Assembly: GCA_004348925.1 (NCBI GenBank)
Contig: RCMX01000006.1
Span: 666,919-730,918 of the forward strand
DNA from: Actinomycetota bacterium
GTDB lineage: Bacteria; Actinomycetota; Coriobacteriia; Anaerosomatales; Anaerosomataceae
DNA: 64,000 nucleotides
Direction: 5' to 3'
Position 1 is the first letter of the stretch. Each line of letters starts with the position of its first letter. Below are positions 55,738-64,000 of the stretch, piece after piece. The notes under the pieces are model-generated. The model was not told where the DNA came from. It saw only the letters and a list, made by a program, of their open reading frames with translations, and did not search any database. The position numbers were made by a program, and so were the translations under genes.

Positions 55738-56792
55738 GCGACGAGCCCGGCAGCGGCTTTGAGCGCCTCCGGAGCCGAGCGGGCGAAGTTGTCTGCGCCG
55801 ACGCGCTTCCACAGCTCAGGTGCCAGGTTGAACGGATAGCCACCGACGAGGACCTTCACATTCTTCGTGGCGTCGTTATCGCGAAGCAGCCGGATGATCT
55901 CGGCCACCTCCTCGACTCTGAACGACATCGTTGCCGAGAGTGCGAGCACATCGGCACCGCGCTCCGCGGCGGTCGTGACGATGGATGACGCCGGCATATT
56001 GGCACCGAGGTAGTGAGTATCCCAGCCGTCCATCTCGAAGAAGTCGGTGACCATTCGTAGCCCGAGCTCGTGCAATTCCGAGCCGACGCACGCCGCAACG
56101 AGGGTGTGTTCTTTCGGGGCGTCGGTGAAGATCTCTCCGTAGAGCTGCGACATCACCATCTGGGTAACGGCCGTCGCGTAGTGCTCCTGCGCCACCGAGA
56201 TGCGATTCAACTGCCACAGGCGACCAAGCTCTAGCTGTGCCGGCTGGAAGACGTGCGTGTAGATGTCGCGCACCGGCGTGCCTGCCGCAACCGCATCCAG
56301 GATGGAGCGGGATGCGCCGTGACGGTCGCCGCCGAGCACTGCGCCGAGGTAGCGAACGGCAAGCGAGCCCAGAGGCTGATCCGGCGTGATGTACGAAGCG
56401 ATCGAGGTGTCAGCGGTTTCAAGAGCGGCGATCGCGCGGTCGATCAGGAGAGCGGCGCGCGCGGCAGACTCGGCACCGAGGTCCTTCGCGATCGCGTCTC
56501 GGACGTCAGCGAGGCTGCCCGAAAGCCACTCGGCCGGCAGGGCAAGGTTCTCGAACAAGACCTTCACCCAGAGCACGTAGTTGTCGTAGAGCGCGGCCTC
56601 GTTCGCCCACAGCGATGAAGCGAGGAATTGGAGATGATACTTCGTGTCTTGCACCATATTTCGGTACTGGTCGTCCGAGAGAGTGGATCGCAGCTGTGGC
56701 CATCGTAGATCCTGCAGTTCGAGCGCCGTATCGGCCAGGCCGTCCAGCTTTGCCCGGATGTTGCGGCTCACGTCTTCGGATGATGCCCCCAT
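55734..56792 (-). CDS. cobalamin (B12)-binding domain sensor protein
   Basis: B12-binding_2 helical domain, then a Rossmann-like B12-binding domain with a GSELHELG (DxHxxG-like) motif and a C-terminal VLVGG. Confidence 0.7.
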   Translation of the reverse strand: MGASSEDVSRNIRAKLDGLADTALELQDLRWPQLRSTLSDDQYRNMVQDTKYHLQFLASSLWANEAALYDNYVLWVKVLFENLALPAEWLSGSLADVRDAIAKDLGAESAARAALLIDRAIAALETADTSIASYITPDQPLGSLAVRYLGAVLGGDRHGASRSILDAVAAGTPVRDIYTHVFQPAQLELGRLWQLNRISVAQEHYATAVTQMVMSQLYGEIFTDAPKEHTLVAACVGSELHELGLRMVTDFFEMDGWDTHYLGANMPASSIVTTAAERGADVLALSATMSFRVEEVAEIIRLLRDNDATKNVKVLVGGYPFNLAPELWKRVGADNFARSAPEALKAAAGLVA

Positions 56793-56966
56793 TGTCGCCC
56801 CGCTTTCACGAAGAGGGTGGAAAGCTCTGTGACGCCGGGCCCGGGTGAGCAGGCGTCAGCTACACGTGCTGGGGAAATGATACCCTTCCTGTCGGCGCAC
56901 ACTCGCATGATAATGCGATAGGCGGGCAGTATGCTGGTGCGTGCGGTCAACAAGTGACGACGAACA

Positions 56967-59078
56967 TTGGTGCTTCGGCGGGGAGGACGTTTGGGTGAGC
57001 GGTCACAGTCGGCTCCGGACGGCTTCGATCAGCTGATCGAGGCCCTTGAGGGCGCGTGGTCCGGGCATGGAGCAGCCTGCGACGACCTTCCCGGCTCCCC
57101 GGAGCAGCAGGCCCGCCTCGGCAAGCTTCTGGCCGATATCCGGGCAACTCGTATGCTCGCTGACGCGGTCGCCGAGAGTGCACTGCGATCCGACGTGGAC
57201 GTTGAAGGCCCGCTCGCGGACCGCCTCAGAACGTGTCAGGCGAACCTTCGCGAGATCACTGCGCAAGCACGCGCGGTCACTCGTGGTGACTATTCGTACG
57301 TGGCGGGTGTACGCGGCGAGTTGGCACAGGCTCTTGGCGACATGCGGCAGGCTTTGAGCGCGGCTCAAGAAGCTCAGATGCGGCTTGCGGACGAGCTTGT
57401 CGCGTCCAACTCGCGTCTTGGTGAAGAGGTGCGCACGCGACGCAGGGCGGAGAGCGCACTCGCGGAAGCGAATGAGGAGCTTGCGGCCGCGAACGAGGAA
57501 CTTGCCGAGACGAACGCTGAGCTTGAAGTCGCCACGCGCGCAAAGAGCGACTTCCTGTCGGCGATGAGCCACGAGATCAGAACACCGATGAACGCCATCA
57601 TCGGCATGGGCGAGCTGCTGCAGGAGACGAGCCTCGACGACGAGCAGCGCAGGTACATCCACACCCTGATCAATGCCGGCGAAGCGCTGCTGGCGATCAT
57701 CAACGACATCCTTGATCTGTCGAAGATCGAGGCGGGGAAGTTCGAGCTCGACCCACGTGAGTTCGATATCACCCAGCTGGTCGAGGGAACCGCGGACGTC
57801 GTGGCGATCCGTTCGCGCGAACGCGGTCTTGATCTGCTCGTCGACATCGAGGGAGACGTGCCGCTCGTCGTGTTCGGCGACGACAACAGGCTGCGGCAGG
57901 TGCTCGTGAATCTGTTGGGGAACGCGGTGAAGTTCACCGAGAGCGGGCACGTTCTTCTCTCGGTCCGACAGGGTTCGCGTCCCGGGCTGGTGCGGTTCGG
58001 CGTGTCGGACACCGGCATCGGCATACCGGCCGATCGGCTGGCGACCATCTTCGAGGCATTCACGCAGGCTGATTCGAGCACGACGCGTCGGTATGGGGGC
58101 ACCGGACTCGGCCTGTCGATCTCGAGCCGATTGGTAGCGCTCATGGATGGTCGGCTGCAGGTCTCGAGCGTGGTGGGCGAAGGGAGCGAGTTCTTCTTCG
58201 AGGTGGCGCTTCCGCCGATCGGCGACGTTCGTGCGGCTTCGGTCGCTGCTGACCTTTCGGGGATGCGTGCGCTTGTCGTCGACGATGAGCCGACCAACCG
58301 CTACATCCTCCGGCGGTATCTGGGTGAAGCAGGCATGGAAACGGTAGAAGCCGGCGGTGCGAAAGAGGCGATGTCGCTTCTGGGCGGAGGCGGGGGATTC
58401 CATGTGATCCTCTCGGACATGCGCATGCCGGACGTCTCCGGGCTCGAGTTGGTAGGGATGATTCGGGAGAATCCCGGACTCAGCCGCATCCCCGTGCTCA
58501 TGTTCTCGAGCGACAACCGGCCGGGAGAAGCAGCGCTGTTGAGGAGCAAGGGCGCGGACGACCTGCTGCTCAAGCCGGTGCATCGCGCTGACCTCATGGG
58601 TGCTCTGCAGCGTGCGCTCGGGAAAAGCGCAGGCGCTGCTGTGAGCCAGTCGCCGACGCCGGTGACCGCGGCCGAGACGATTCCCGCGAAGCTCCTCCTG
58701 GTGGAGGACAACGAGGACAACCTGACGCTTGCGTTGGCCTACCTTGCCAAGACAGCGCACCACGTGGTCACGGCCCGCAATGGCCGAGAAGCCGTTGACG
58801 CTTTCATCGGCGCCGGCCCCGGCACCTTCGACGTGGTGTTCATGGATATGCAGATGCCCGAGATGGATGGCCTTGAGGCAACGAGGGTCATCCGGGCCCA
58901 TGAAGCGGAGAACGGCTGGCACCGCGTGCCGATCATCGCGTTGACCGCGTACGCGCTCGCCAGCGAGGCACAGGAGGCGCTTGACGCGGGCTGTGATCGC
59001 CACATGACGAAGCCGATTCGCAAGGCGAGCTTCCTTGAGGCGGTGGCGGAGTACGCCGGCCACGCGAACGCGGGCTGA
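56967..59078 (+). CDS. hybrid histidine kinase (coiled-coil-HisKA-HATPase-REC-REC)
   Basis: H-box [15 protein letters not shown]-box [13 protein letters not shown]. Two receivers (ALVVDDEP..., [10 protein letters not shown]...[10 protein letters not shown]). Confidence 0.8.
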   Translation: MVLRRGGRLGERSQSAPDGFDQLIEALEGAWSGHGAACDDLPGSPEQQARLGKLLADIRATRMLADAVAESALRSDVDVEGPLADRLRTCQANLREITAQARAVTRGDYSYVAGVRGELAQALGDMRQALSAAQEAQMRLADELVASNSRLGEEVRTRRRAESALAEANEELAAANEELAETNAELEVATRAKSDFLSAMSHEIRTPMNAIIGMGELLQETSLDDEQRRYIHTLINAGEALLAIINDILDLSKIEAGKFELDPREFDITQLVEGTADVVAIRSRERGLDLLVDIEGDVPLVVFGDDNRLRQVLVNLLGNAVKFTESGHVLLSVRQGSRPGLVRFGVSDTGIGIPADRLATIFEAFTQADSSTTRRYGGTGLGLSISSRLVALMDGRLQVSSVVGEGSEFFFEVALPPIGDVRAASVAADLSGMRALVVDDEPTNRYILRRYLGEAGMETVEAGGAKEAMSLLGGGGGFHVILSDMRMPDVSGLELVGMIRENPGLSRIPVLMFSSDNRPGEAALLRSKGADDLLLKPVHRADLMGALQRALGKSAGAAVSQSPTPVTAAETIPAKLLLVEDNEDNLTLALAYLAKTAHHVVTARNGREAVDAFIGAGPGTFDVVFMDMQMPEMDGLEATRVIRAHEAENGWHRVPIIALTAYALASEAQEALDAGCDRHMTKPIRKASFLEAVAEYAGHANAG

Positions 59079-59263
59079 TCAGCACAGCGGCTGGCGTGTC
59101 GCCGTGGCCCCCCGGACGCCCGTGATGGGCGGTCCGCGATGGCTTGCGGTGCACGGGCATCGAGCGCATACCTCTCTGTTCAGGTACTCTATTCACGTAC
59201 GGACATCGATTGTGCCCGCCGTTCACCTCGGCCAGGGCCTTCGAGCAGCGAAGGGGAATCCTC

Positions 59264-60661
59264 ATGGCGCAAGCCAAGAACACCATATCGTCCACGGCGC
59301 CTCTGGGCGTGCCGAGCGGCCGAGAGGCTGCTCTCGATGCCTGGACCGCTATCGCTGATGAGCGATCGGTCGTCGACCCCGGACTCTATCTGGAGTACGA
59401 CGTGAAACGCGGTCTTCGCGACCAGAACGGGCGCGGCGTCCTGGCGGGTCTCACCCGAATCGGTGACGTCATCGGCACCGTCGCCGACGGCGATCAGCTG
59501 GTGCCTGCGCCCGGCAAGCTGCTCTATCGCGGCATCGAGATCACCGAGCTCGTCGACGGCTTCGTCGCCGAACACCAGCACGGGTTCGAGGAGACGGCGT
59601 ACCTTCTGCTCTTCGGCTCGTTGCCGACCAAGGCGCAGCTCGATGAGTTCGACGATTACCTCTCGGGAATGCGACGAATGCCCCGTTCGTTCATCCACGA
59701 CGGGATACTCCGCATGCCGAGCAACGACATCATGAACGCCATGATGCGCGGCGTGCTCGGCCTGTACACACTCGACCCCAACGCGGACGACACCTCTACG
59801 AGAAACGTGTTGCGGCAGAGCCTGCACCTCATCGCCAAGCTCCCCATGCTCGCCGTGTACGCGTATCAGGCTTACCTTGACGAGTTCCACGGCAAGAGCC
59901 TCGTCATCCACCGCCCGGAGCCCGACTGCTCCACCGCCGAGAACTTCCTGCACATGCTGCGTCCCGACAGCAGCTTCACCAAGCTCGAGGCGCTCGTTCT
60001 CGACATGATGTTGGTGCTGCATGCCGAGCATGGCGGCGGCAACAACTCTTCGTTCACTACGCACGTCGTGTCGTCGACGGGAACAGACACATACTCGGCC
60101 GTCGCCGCATCGCTCGGCTCGCTCAAGGGCCCGCGGCACGGCGGCGCGAACATCAAGGTCGTCGGCATGCTCGACGACCTGAGCGAGAAAGTCTCGGACT
60201 GGGAGGACGACGAGCAGATCGCCGACTATCTTCACCTGATGCTGGAGAAGAAGGCGTTCGACAAGTCCGGCCTCATCTACGGCATGGGTCACCCTGTGTA
60301 TTCGGTGTCCGACCCACGTGCCGTGCTCCTGCGTGCCTATGCCGAGAAGCTCGCCGCCGAGAAGGGCTTCTCGAAGGAGTTCGCATTGCACGCGCGCGTC
60401 GAGCGGATCGCGCCGCTGATCGTCTCGGCGCAGCGCAGGCTTTACAAGGGCGTCAGCGCGAACGTCGACTTCTACTCGGGATTCGTCTATCGCATGCTCG
60501 ACATCCCGCCCGAGCTGTACACGCCGCTTTTCGCCATCTCCCGCGTGGTCGGCTGGAGCGCGCACCGGCTCGAGGAGATCGCCAACGGCGGCAAGATCAT
60601 CCGACCTGCCTACAAGAGCGTCTGCCCGCGACAGGAGTATGTGCCACTCAAGGATCGCTAG
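59264..60661 (+). CDS. citrate synthase
   Basis: Citrate synthase signature GYGHxVY-like (GMGHPVYSVSDPR) and NVDFYSG. Confidence 0.85.
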   Translation: MAQAKNTISSTAPLGVPSGREAALDAWTAIADERSVVDPGLYLEYDVKRGLRDQNGRGVLAGLTRIGDVIGTVADGDQLVPAPGKLLYRGIEITELVDGFVAEHQHGFEETAYLLLFGSLPTKAQLDEFDDYLSGMRRMPRSFIHDGILRMPSNDIMNAMMRGVLGLYTLDPNADDTSTRNVLRQSLHLIAKLPMLAVYAYQAYLDEFHGKSLVIHRPEPDCSTAENFLHMLRPDSSFTKLEALVLDMMLVLHAEHGGGNNSSFTTHVVSSTGTDTYSAVAASLGSLKGPRHGGANIKVVGMLDDLSEKVSDWEDDEQIADYLHLMLEKKAFDKSGLIYGMGHPVYSVSDPRAVLLRAYAEKLAAEKGFSKEFALHARVERIAPLIVSAQRRLYKGVSANVDFYSGFVYRMLDIPPELYTPLFAISRVVGWSAHRLEEIANGGKIIRPAYKSVCPRQEYVPLKDR

Positions 60662-60670
60662 GGGACCCTC

Positions 60671-62011
60671 ATGCGGTTGATCCTACGGGGAGTATTCTGG
60701 TTCGGCCTGTACCTCACGATCATCCTGTTCCCGCTTGTCGTGGGTGTGATCTTTTTCGACCCGCGACAGGCGGCGGGTCCGCTGATCTACCTGTCGGCCG
60801 CCGCCGGTTACATCGCGATCGCGCTCATGGCGACCGAGCTCACCCTTGTCGCGAGGCTCAAAGGCGTGGCCGGCGCGTTCGGTATCGACTCGCTGCTCCA
60901 GTTCCACCGCGAGATCGGCATCGCGTCGATTGCGTTCGCTGCGGCGCACCCGCTCTTGCTCGTGGCGGATCGCGCGTACACTGCGGGGCTGCTCGTTCCG
61001 TCTGCTACGACACCGTGGCCGGTGACCGTGGGATTCGCCGCATTCATCGTGGCCGCGCTCGTTGTCGGACTCTCCGTCTACCGACGCCTGCTTCGCATGT
61101 CGTACGAGCTCTGGCATACGACGCACGGCGTGCTGTCGGTCATCCTGATCGGCTTCGGAGCGGCGCATATTCTCGGTATCGGGCGGTTCGCGGCGCTGCC
61201 GGTCATGCGGACGCTGGTGATCATCTATCTGGTGTTCTTCGTTGGGATCTTCTTGCGCTACCGCCTGGCGCGCCCGCTCTCACTGTGGCACCGGCCGTGG
61301 GAGGTGGTGGAGAATCGCCCCGAACACGGTCAGTCGCACACCCTGGTGCTGCGTCCGGTCGGGCACGAGGGGTTCCGGTTCGAGCCCGGTCAGTTCGCCT
61401 GGATCGGCTTCGGGCCGACCCCGCTCAACACCGACAAGCATCCGATCTCGTTCTCCTCGAACGGCGACATCCCAAGCCATGACGGTGCCATCGCATTCAC
61501 GATCAAAGAGCTGGGCGACTGGTCGGGCGGCGTCGTACCTGCAGTGAAACCCGGCACCCGCGCATGGGTCGACGGACCACATGGCGTGTTCACGATGGAT
61601 CGCGAAGAAGGCGCCGGCTACGTGCTCATCGGCGGCGGCGTGGGCATCACGCCGCTCTATTCGATGCTGCAGGCGCTTGAGACTCGCGCAGACGCGCGGC
61701 CCGTCTTCATGTTCCATGCGGCCAACGACTTCGACGACCTCACCTTCCGGGAGGAACTCGCGGCGACGGCGGCTCGCATGCCCTCATTGACGCTGGTGAC
61801 GGTACTCGTGCGCGCCGATGATGAATGGGAGGGGGAGCGCGGATTCGTGAACGCAGAGATCCTCTCCCGGCATCTTCCTCCTGCGCTGTACCGGCACTTC
61901 CAGTACTTCATCTGCGGCCCAACGCCGCTGATGGATGCCATGGAAGAGGTGCTCCCGAAGATCGGAGTCCCGGCGGAGCGCATCCACACCGAGCGTTTCG
62001 ACATGGTGTAG
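60671..62011 (+). CDS. NOX/ferric-reductase-family flavocytochrome b (6-TM bis-heme domain + FAD + NAD(P)H domains)
   Basis: Paired His in TM3 and TM5 (FHREIG...AAAHPLL, LWHTTHGV...GAAHILG). HPISF FAD motif. GGGVGITP NAD(P)H motif. C-terminal FICGP. Confidence 0.8.
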   Translation: MRLILRGVFWFGLYLTIILFPLVVGVIFFDPRQAAGPLIYLSAAAGYIAIALMATELTLVARLKGVAGAFGIDSLLQFHREIGIASIAFAAAHPLLLVADRAYTAGLLVPSATTPWPVTVGFAAFIVAALVVGLSVYRRLLRMSYELWHTTHGVLSVILIGFGAAHILGIGRFAALPVMRTLVIIYLVFFVGIFLRYRLARPLSLWHRPWEVVENRPEHGQSHTLVLRPVGHEGFRFEPGQFAWIGFGPTPLNTDKHPISFSSNGDIPSHDGAIAFTIKELGDWSGGVVPAVKPGTRAWVDGPHGVFTMDREEGAGYVLIGGGVGITPLYSMLQALETRADARPVFMFHAANDFDDLTFREELAATAARMPSLTLVTVLVRADDEWEGERGFVNAEILSRHLPPALYRHFQYFICGPTPLMDAMEEVLPKIGVPAERIHTERFDMV

Positions 62012-62019
62012 GAGGACGA

Positions 62020-62628
62020 ATGAACCACCGCATCGTGTCTACCGTGGTCATGATCATCGTGGCGTTCTTCGTGGGCGCGGTGGCGCTGTTCGCCGGCACT
62101 GCGACGTCGGTCGCACCTGCAGCGAGCGCCGAGGCTCCGAAGAACCCGCATCCCCCTTCGCGACGGACCGCATCGTGCCTCGAGTGCCACAACGGGGAGC
62201 AGCACACCATCCCGTCGACGCATCGCAACTTCGACCTTGCGACGTGCGCCTCGTGCCATGTGGAGGCGATGCGCGTGATCGTCCCGCACACCGCCGCCAT
62301 GGGTGACGCCCGCTGTCCGCTCTGTCACGGCGAACCGGCGCGCGACCACGGGATTCCGGTCAGTCATCTTCGGTACGAATCGGGCGAGTGTCTGCTCTGC
62401 CATCCGGGAGATCCTGCGAACTACGACAAGCAGCCGTCGCCAGCCGGATTGTCGAAGAGTCCGGCAGGAGCGATTCCGCATGCTCTGGACGGAGTCTTCG
62501 CCGAGTGCTCGGGATGTCACTTCGTCACAGCCAAAGCCACGCTGCCAGAGAACCACCGGGACTTCCCCGCGGACAGCTGTGGCGGCTGTCATGACCATGA
62601 GCCCGCAGAAGCGGGAGCCGGTAAGTAG
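62020..62628 (+). CDS. membrane-anchored hexaheme c-type cytochrome
   Basis: N-terminal TM anchor. Six CxxCH (CLECH, CASCH, CPLCH, CLLCH, CSGCH, CGGCH). ATG 8 nt after the upstream stop, with GGAGGA RBS. Confidence 0.8.
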   Translation: MNHRIVSTVVMIIVAFFVGAVALFAGTATSVAPAASAEAPKNPHPPSRRTASCLECHNGEQHTIPSTHRNFDLATCASCHVEAMRVIVPHTAAMGDARCPLCHGEPARDHGIPVSHLRYESGECLLCHPGDPANYDKQPSPAGLSKSPAGAIPHALDGVFAECSGCHFVTAKATLPENHRDFPADSCGGCHDHEPAEAGAGK

Positions 62629-62629
62629 G

Positions 62630-62717
62630 TGGCGGAGGGGGTGGGATTCGAACCCACGAACCCTTGCGGGTCAACAGTTTTCAAGACTGTCGCATTCAAC
62701 CACTCTGCCACCCCTCC
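62630..62717 (-). tRNA. tRNA-Ser (anticodon TGA)
   Basis: 88 nt with a long variable arm. Anticodon loop CTTGAAA. Acceptor GGAGGGG/CCCCTCC. CCA encoded. Confidence 0.8.
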
Positions 62718-62777
62718 GTGGGTGACTGCGGGAACGCATGAGCGCTCCTCGGCGGTCAGTAGTGTAGCATTCCAGGC

Positions 62778-63266
62778 ATGGATGCAGACACGATGTACAT
62801 GAGGATGGCGCTCGATGAGGCGCGTCTGGCGGCCGAGAAGGGCGAGGTCCCCATCGGTGCCGTCATCGTGTGCGACGGCGCGGTCGTTGCGCGAGCGCAC
62901 AACACCCGCGAGATCGACAACGATCCCACGTCCCACGCGGAGCTGATCGCTATCCGCGACGCAGCCGCGAAGCTCGGCAGGTGGCGGCTCTCGGACTGCA
63001 CCGTGTACGCGACGCTCGAGCCGTGTCCGATGTGCGCGGGCGCCATGCACCAGGCGCGCATCGACCGCCTGGTGTACGGTGCGCCGGATCCCAAAGCCGG
63101 TGCCGTCGGCACGCTCTACGATCTCTCCAGCGACGACCGGCTCAATCACCGATTCGCTGTGACTTCGGGTATCCTTTCCGAGGAAAGTTCATCCATGTTG
63201 AAGAAGTTCTTCGAGCAGTTGCGTGCGAATCGGGGAAATGGACGCCCGCCCGTCGAAGGTATGTGA
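62778..63266 (+). CDS. tadA: tRNA-specific adenosine deaminase
   Basis: HAELIAIRDAA and PCPMCAGAM zinc-binding motifs. Confidence 0.85.
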   Translation: MDADTMYMRMALDEARLAAEKGEVPIGAVIVCDGAVVARAHNTREIDNDPTSHAELIAIRDAAAKLGRWRLSDCTVYATLEPCPMCAGAMHQARIDRLVYGAPDPKAGAVGTLYDLSSDDRLNHRFAVTSGILSEESSSMLKKFFEQLRANRGNGRPPVEGM

Positions 63267-63356
63267 CGTGCACTACAGGCGAAATGGCGGAACGGGCCGA
63301 TATCCGATTGCATGATGAGATGCGAACACCGACACCGGCAAACGGGAGGAAGAACA

Positions 63357-63835
63357 TGCGCTCGAGCAGGTTCGCACTACTGACGGTATGCCTGCTTCTT
63401 GCGATGCCGTCGACCGCCTTCGCCCAGGACGGGGCCGGAGTCGCAGCCGCCATATCGACCGGAGCGGGTGTCGTCGCGCTCATCGTCGCAGCGATCCTGC
63501 TGCTCGAGATGCTCGCTCTGCGCAAGCTCGCGCAGGGTGCTGCGATCGCTGACAACATCACCTACGCGATTCTCGGCGTGGCATGTCTGGCTACATCGGT
63601 GCTGCTGGGCTGGGTCTCGCGGTACGTTCCGACGGGCTTCACCGCCGAGCAGGCACGCCTGGGGGCCGACCTGCTCTCGATTGCGTCCATGGTGCTGTTT
63701 GGCATCTACTTCTTCCGCGTCCGGAGAGCGATGTCCAGGTTTCTAGGCCGGCTGACGGGTCAGGAGCAGCATCTCATCTCGGTACTGGAACCGAATGCGG
63801 AGCTTCCGGTGGATCGGGACGGTGACGGTGCCTAA
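63357..63835 (+). CDS. hypothetical membrane protein with signal peptide
   Basis: Signal peptide LLLAMPSTAFAQ followed by 3-4 TM helices. Confidence 0.45.
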
Positions 63836-64000
63836 CATCCTGGCAGAGCGCATCGAGGAGGTGCTGCGGCCCATTGTGGGCACGGTGCTGGCGGCCGTGT
63901 CGGTCGACCTCGAAAGCAAGCGTATCGGGAAGGATCCCGAGACGATCACCCGGCTCGACCTACCCGTCATCGCCGACAACCTTTCGCAGCAGCTGAAGCT
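63828..64000 (+). CDS. hypothetical protein, N-terminal fragment (runs off window end)
   Basis: GTG-initiated ORF VPNILAERIEEVLRPIVG... continuing to the window edge. Confidence 0.25.
   Translation, partial: MPNILAERIEEVLRPIVGTVLAAVSVDLESKRIGKDPETITRLDLPVIADNLSQQLK

Noticed and set aside
1-64000. Search for transposases, integrases, CRISPR arrays and phage structural genes
   Set aside because: None recognised on either strand. The accessory segment at 38-44 kb lacks any recombinase.

Overview
This is a high-GC (about 67% by eye) window from a Gram-positive, actinobacterial-type chromosome. The taxonomic call rests on a conserved fhaA-fhaB-pstP-rodA/pbpA-pknB division cluster and on an LPxTG sortase substrate. 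Gene density is high and five tRNA genes are present.

Beyond housekeeping genes (serS, pheA, a citrate synthase, tadA, ABC transporters, a ClC channel, flotillin/SPFH proteins, heme O synthase), three things stand out.

1. A co-directional minus-strand operon of a hybrid PAS histidine kinase, three single-domain CheY-like receivers and two tandem heptaheme c-type cytochrome paralogues (2847-8668). A third heptaheme paralogue sits at 48.2 kb next to a PEGA/YVTN beta-propeller membrane protein.

2. A tightly coupled pair at 60671-62628: a NOX/ferric-reductase-family flavocytochrome b (bis-heme transmembrane domain plus FAD and NAD(P)H domains) followed by a membrane-anchored hexaheme cytochrome c. 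I interpret this as a candidate NAD(P)H-to-extracytoplasmic electron-export module in a Gram-positive envelope.

3. A lower-GC accessory segment (about 39.7-41.9 kb) bracketed by two direct VapBC toxin-antitoxin paralogues. It carries an HNH modification-dependent-restriction-like nuclease, a NUDIX hydrolase, a decayed DUF1016 nuclease pseudogene, AlkA and a macro-domain protein, plus an MscL with an unusual C-terminal zinc ribbon.

Several apparent natural gene fusions occur: RodA-PBP, Zwf-Gnd and ferredoxin-nitroreductase. There is also a B12-binding sensor coupled to histidine kinases, and a larB-larC pair without larE or larA. I found no CRISPR array, transposase or integrase. The many long antisense ORFs in the track look like high-GC artefacts.
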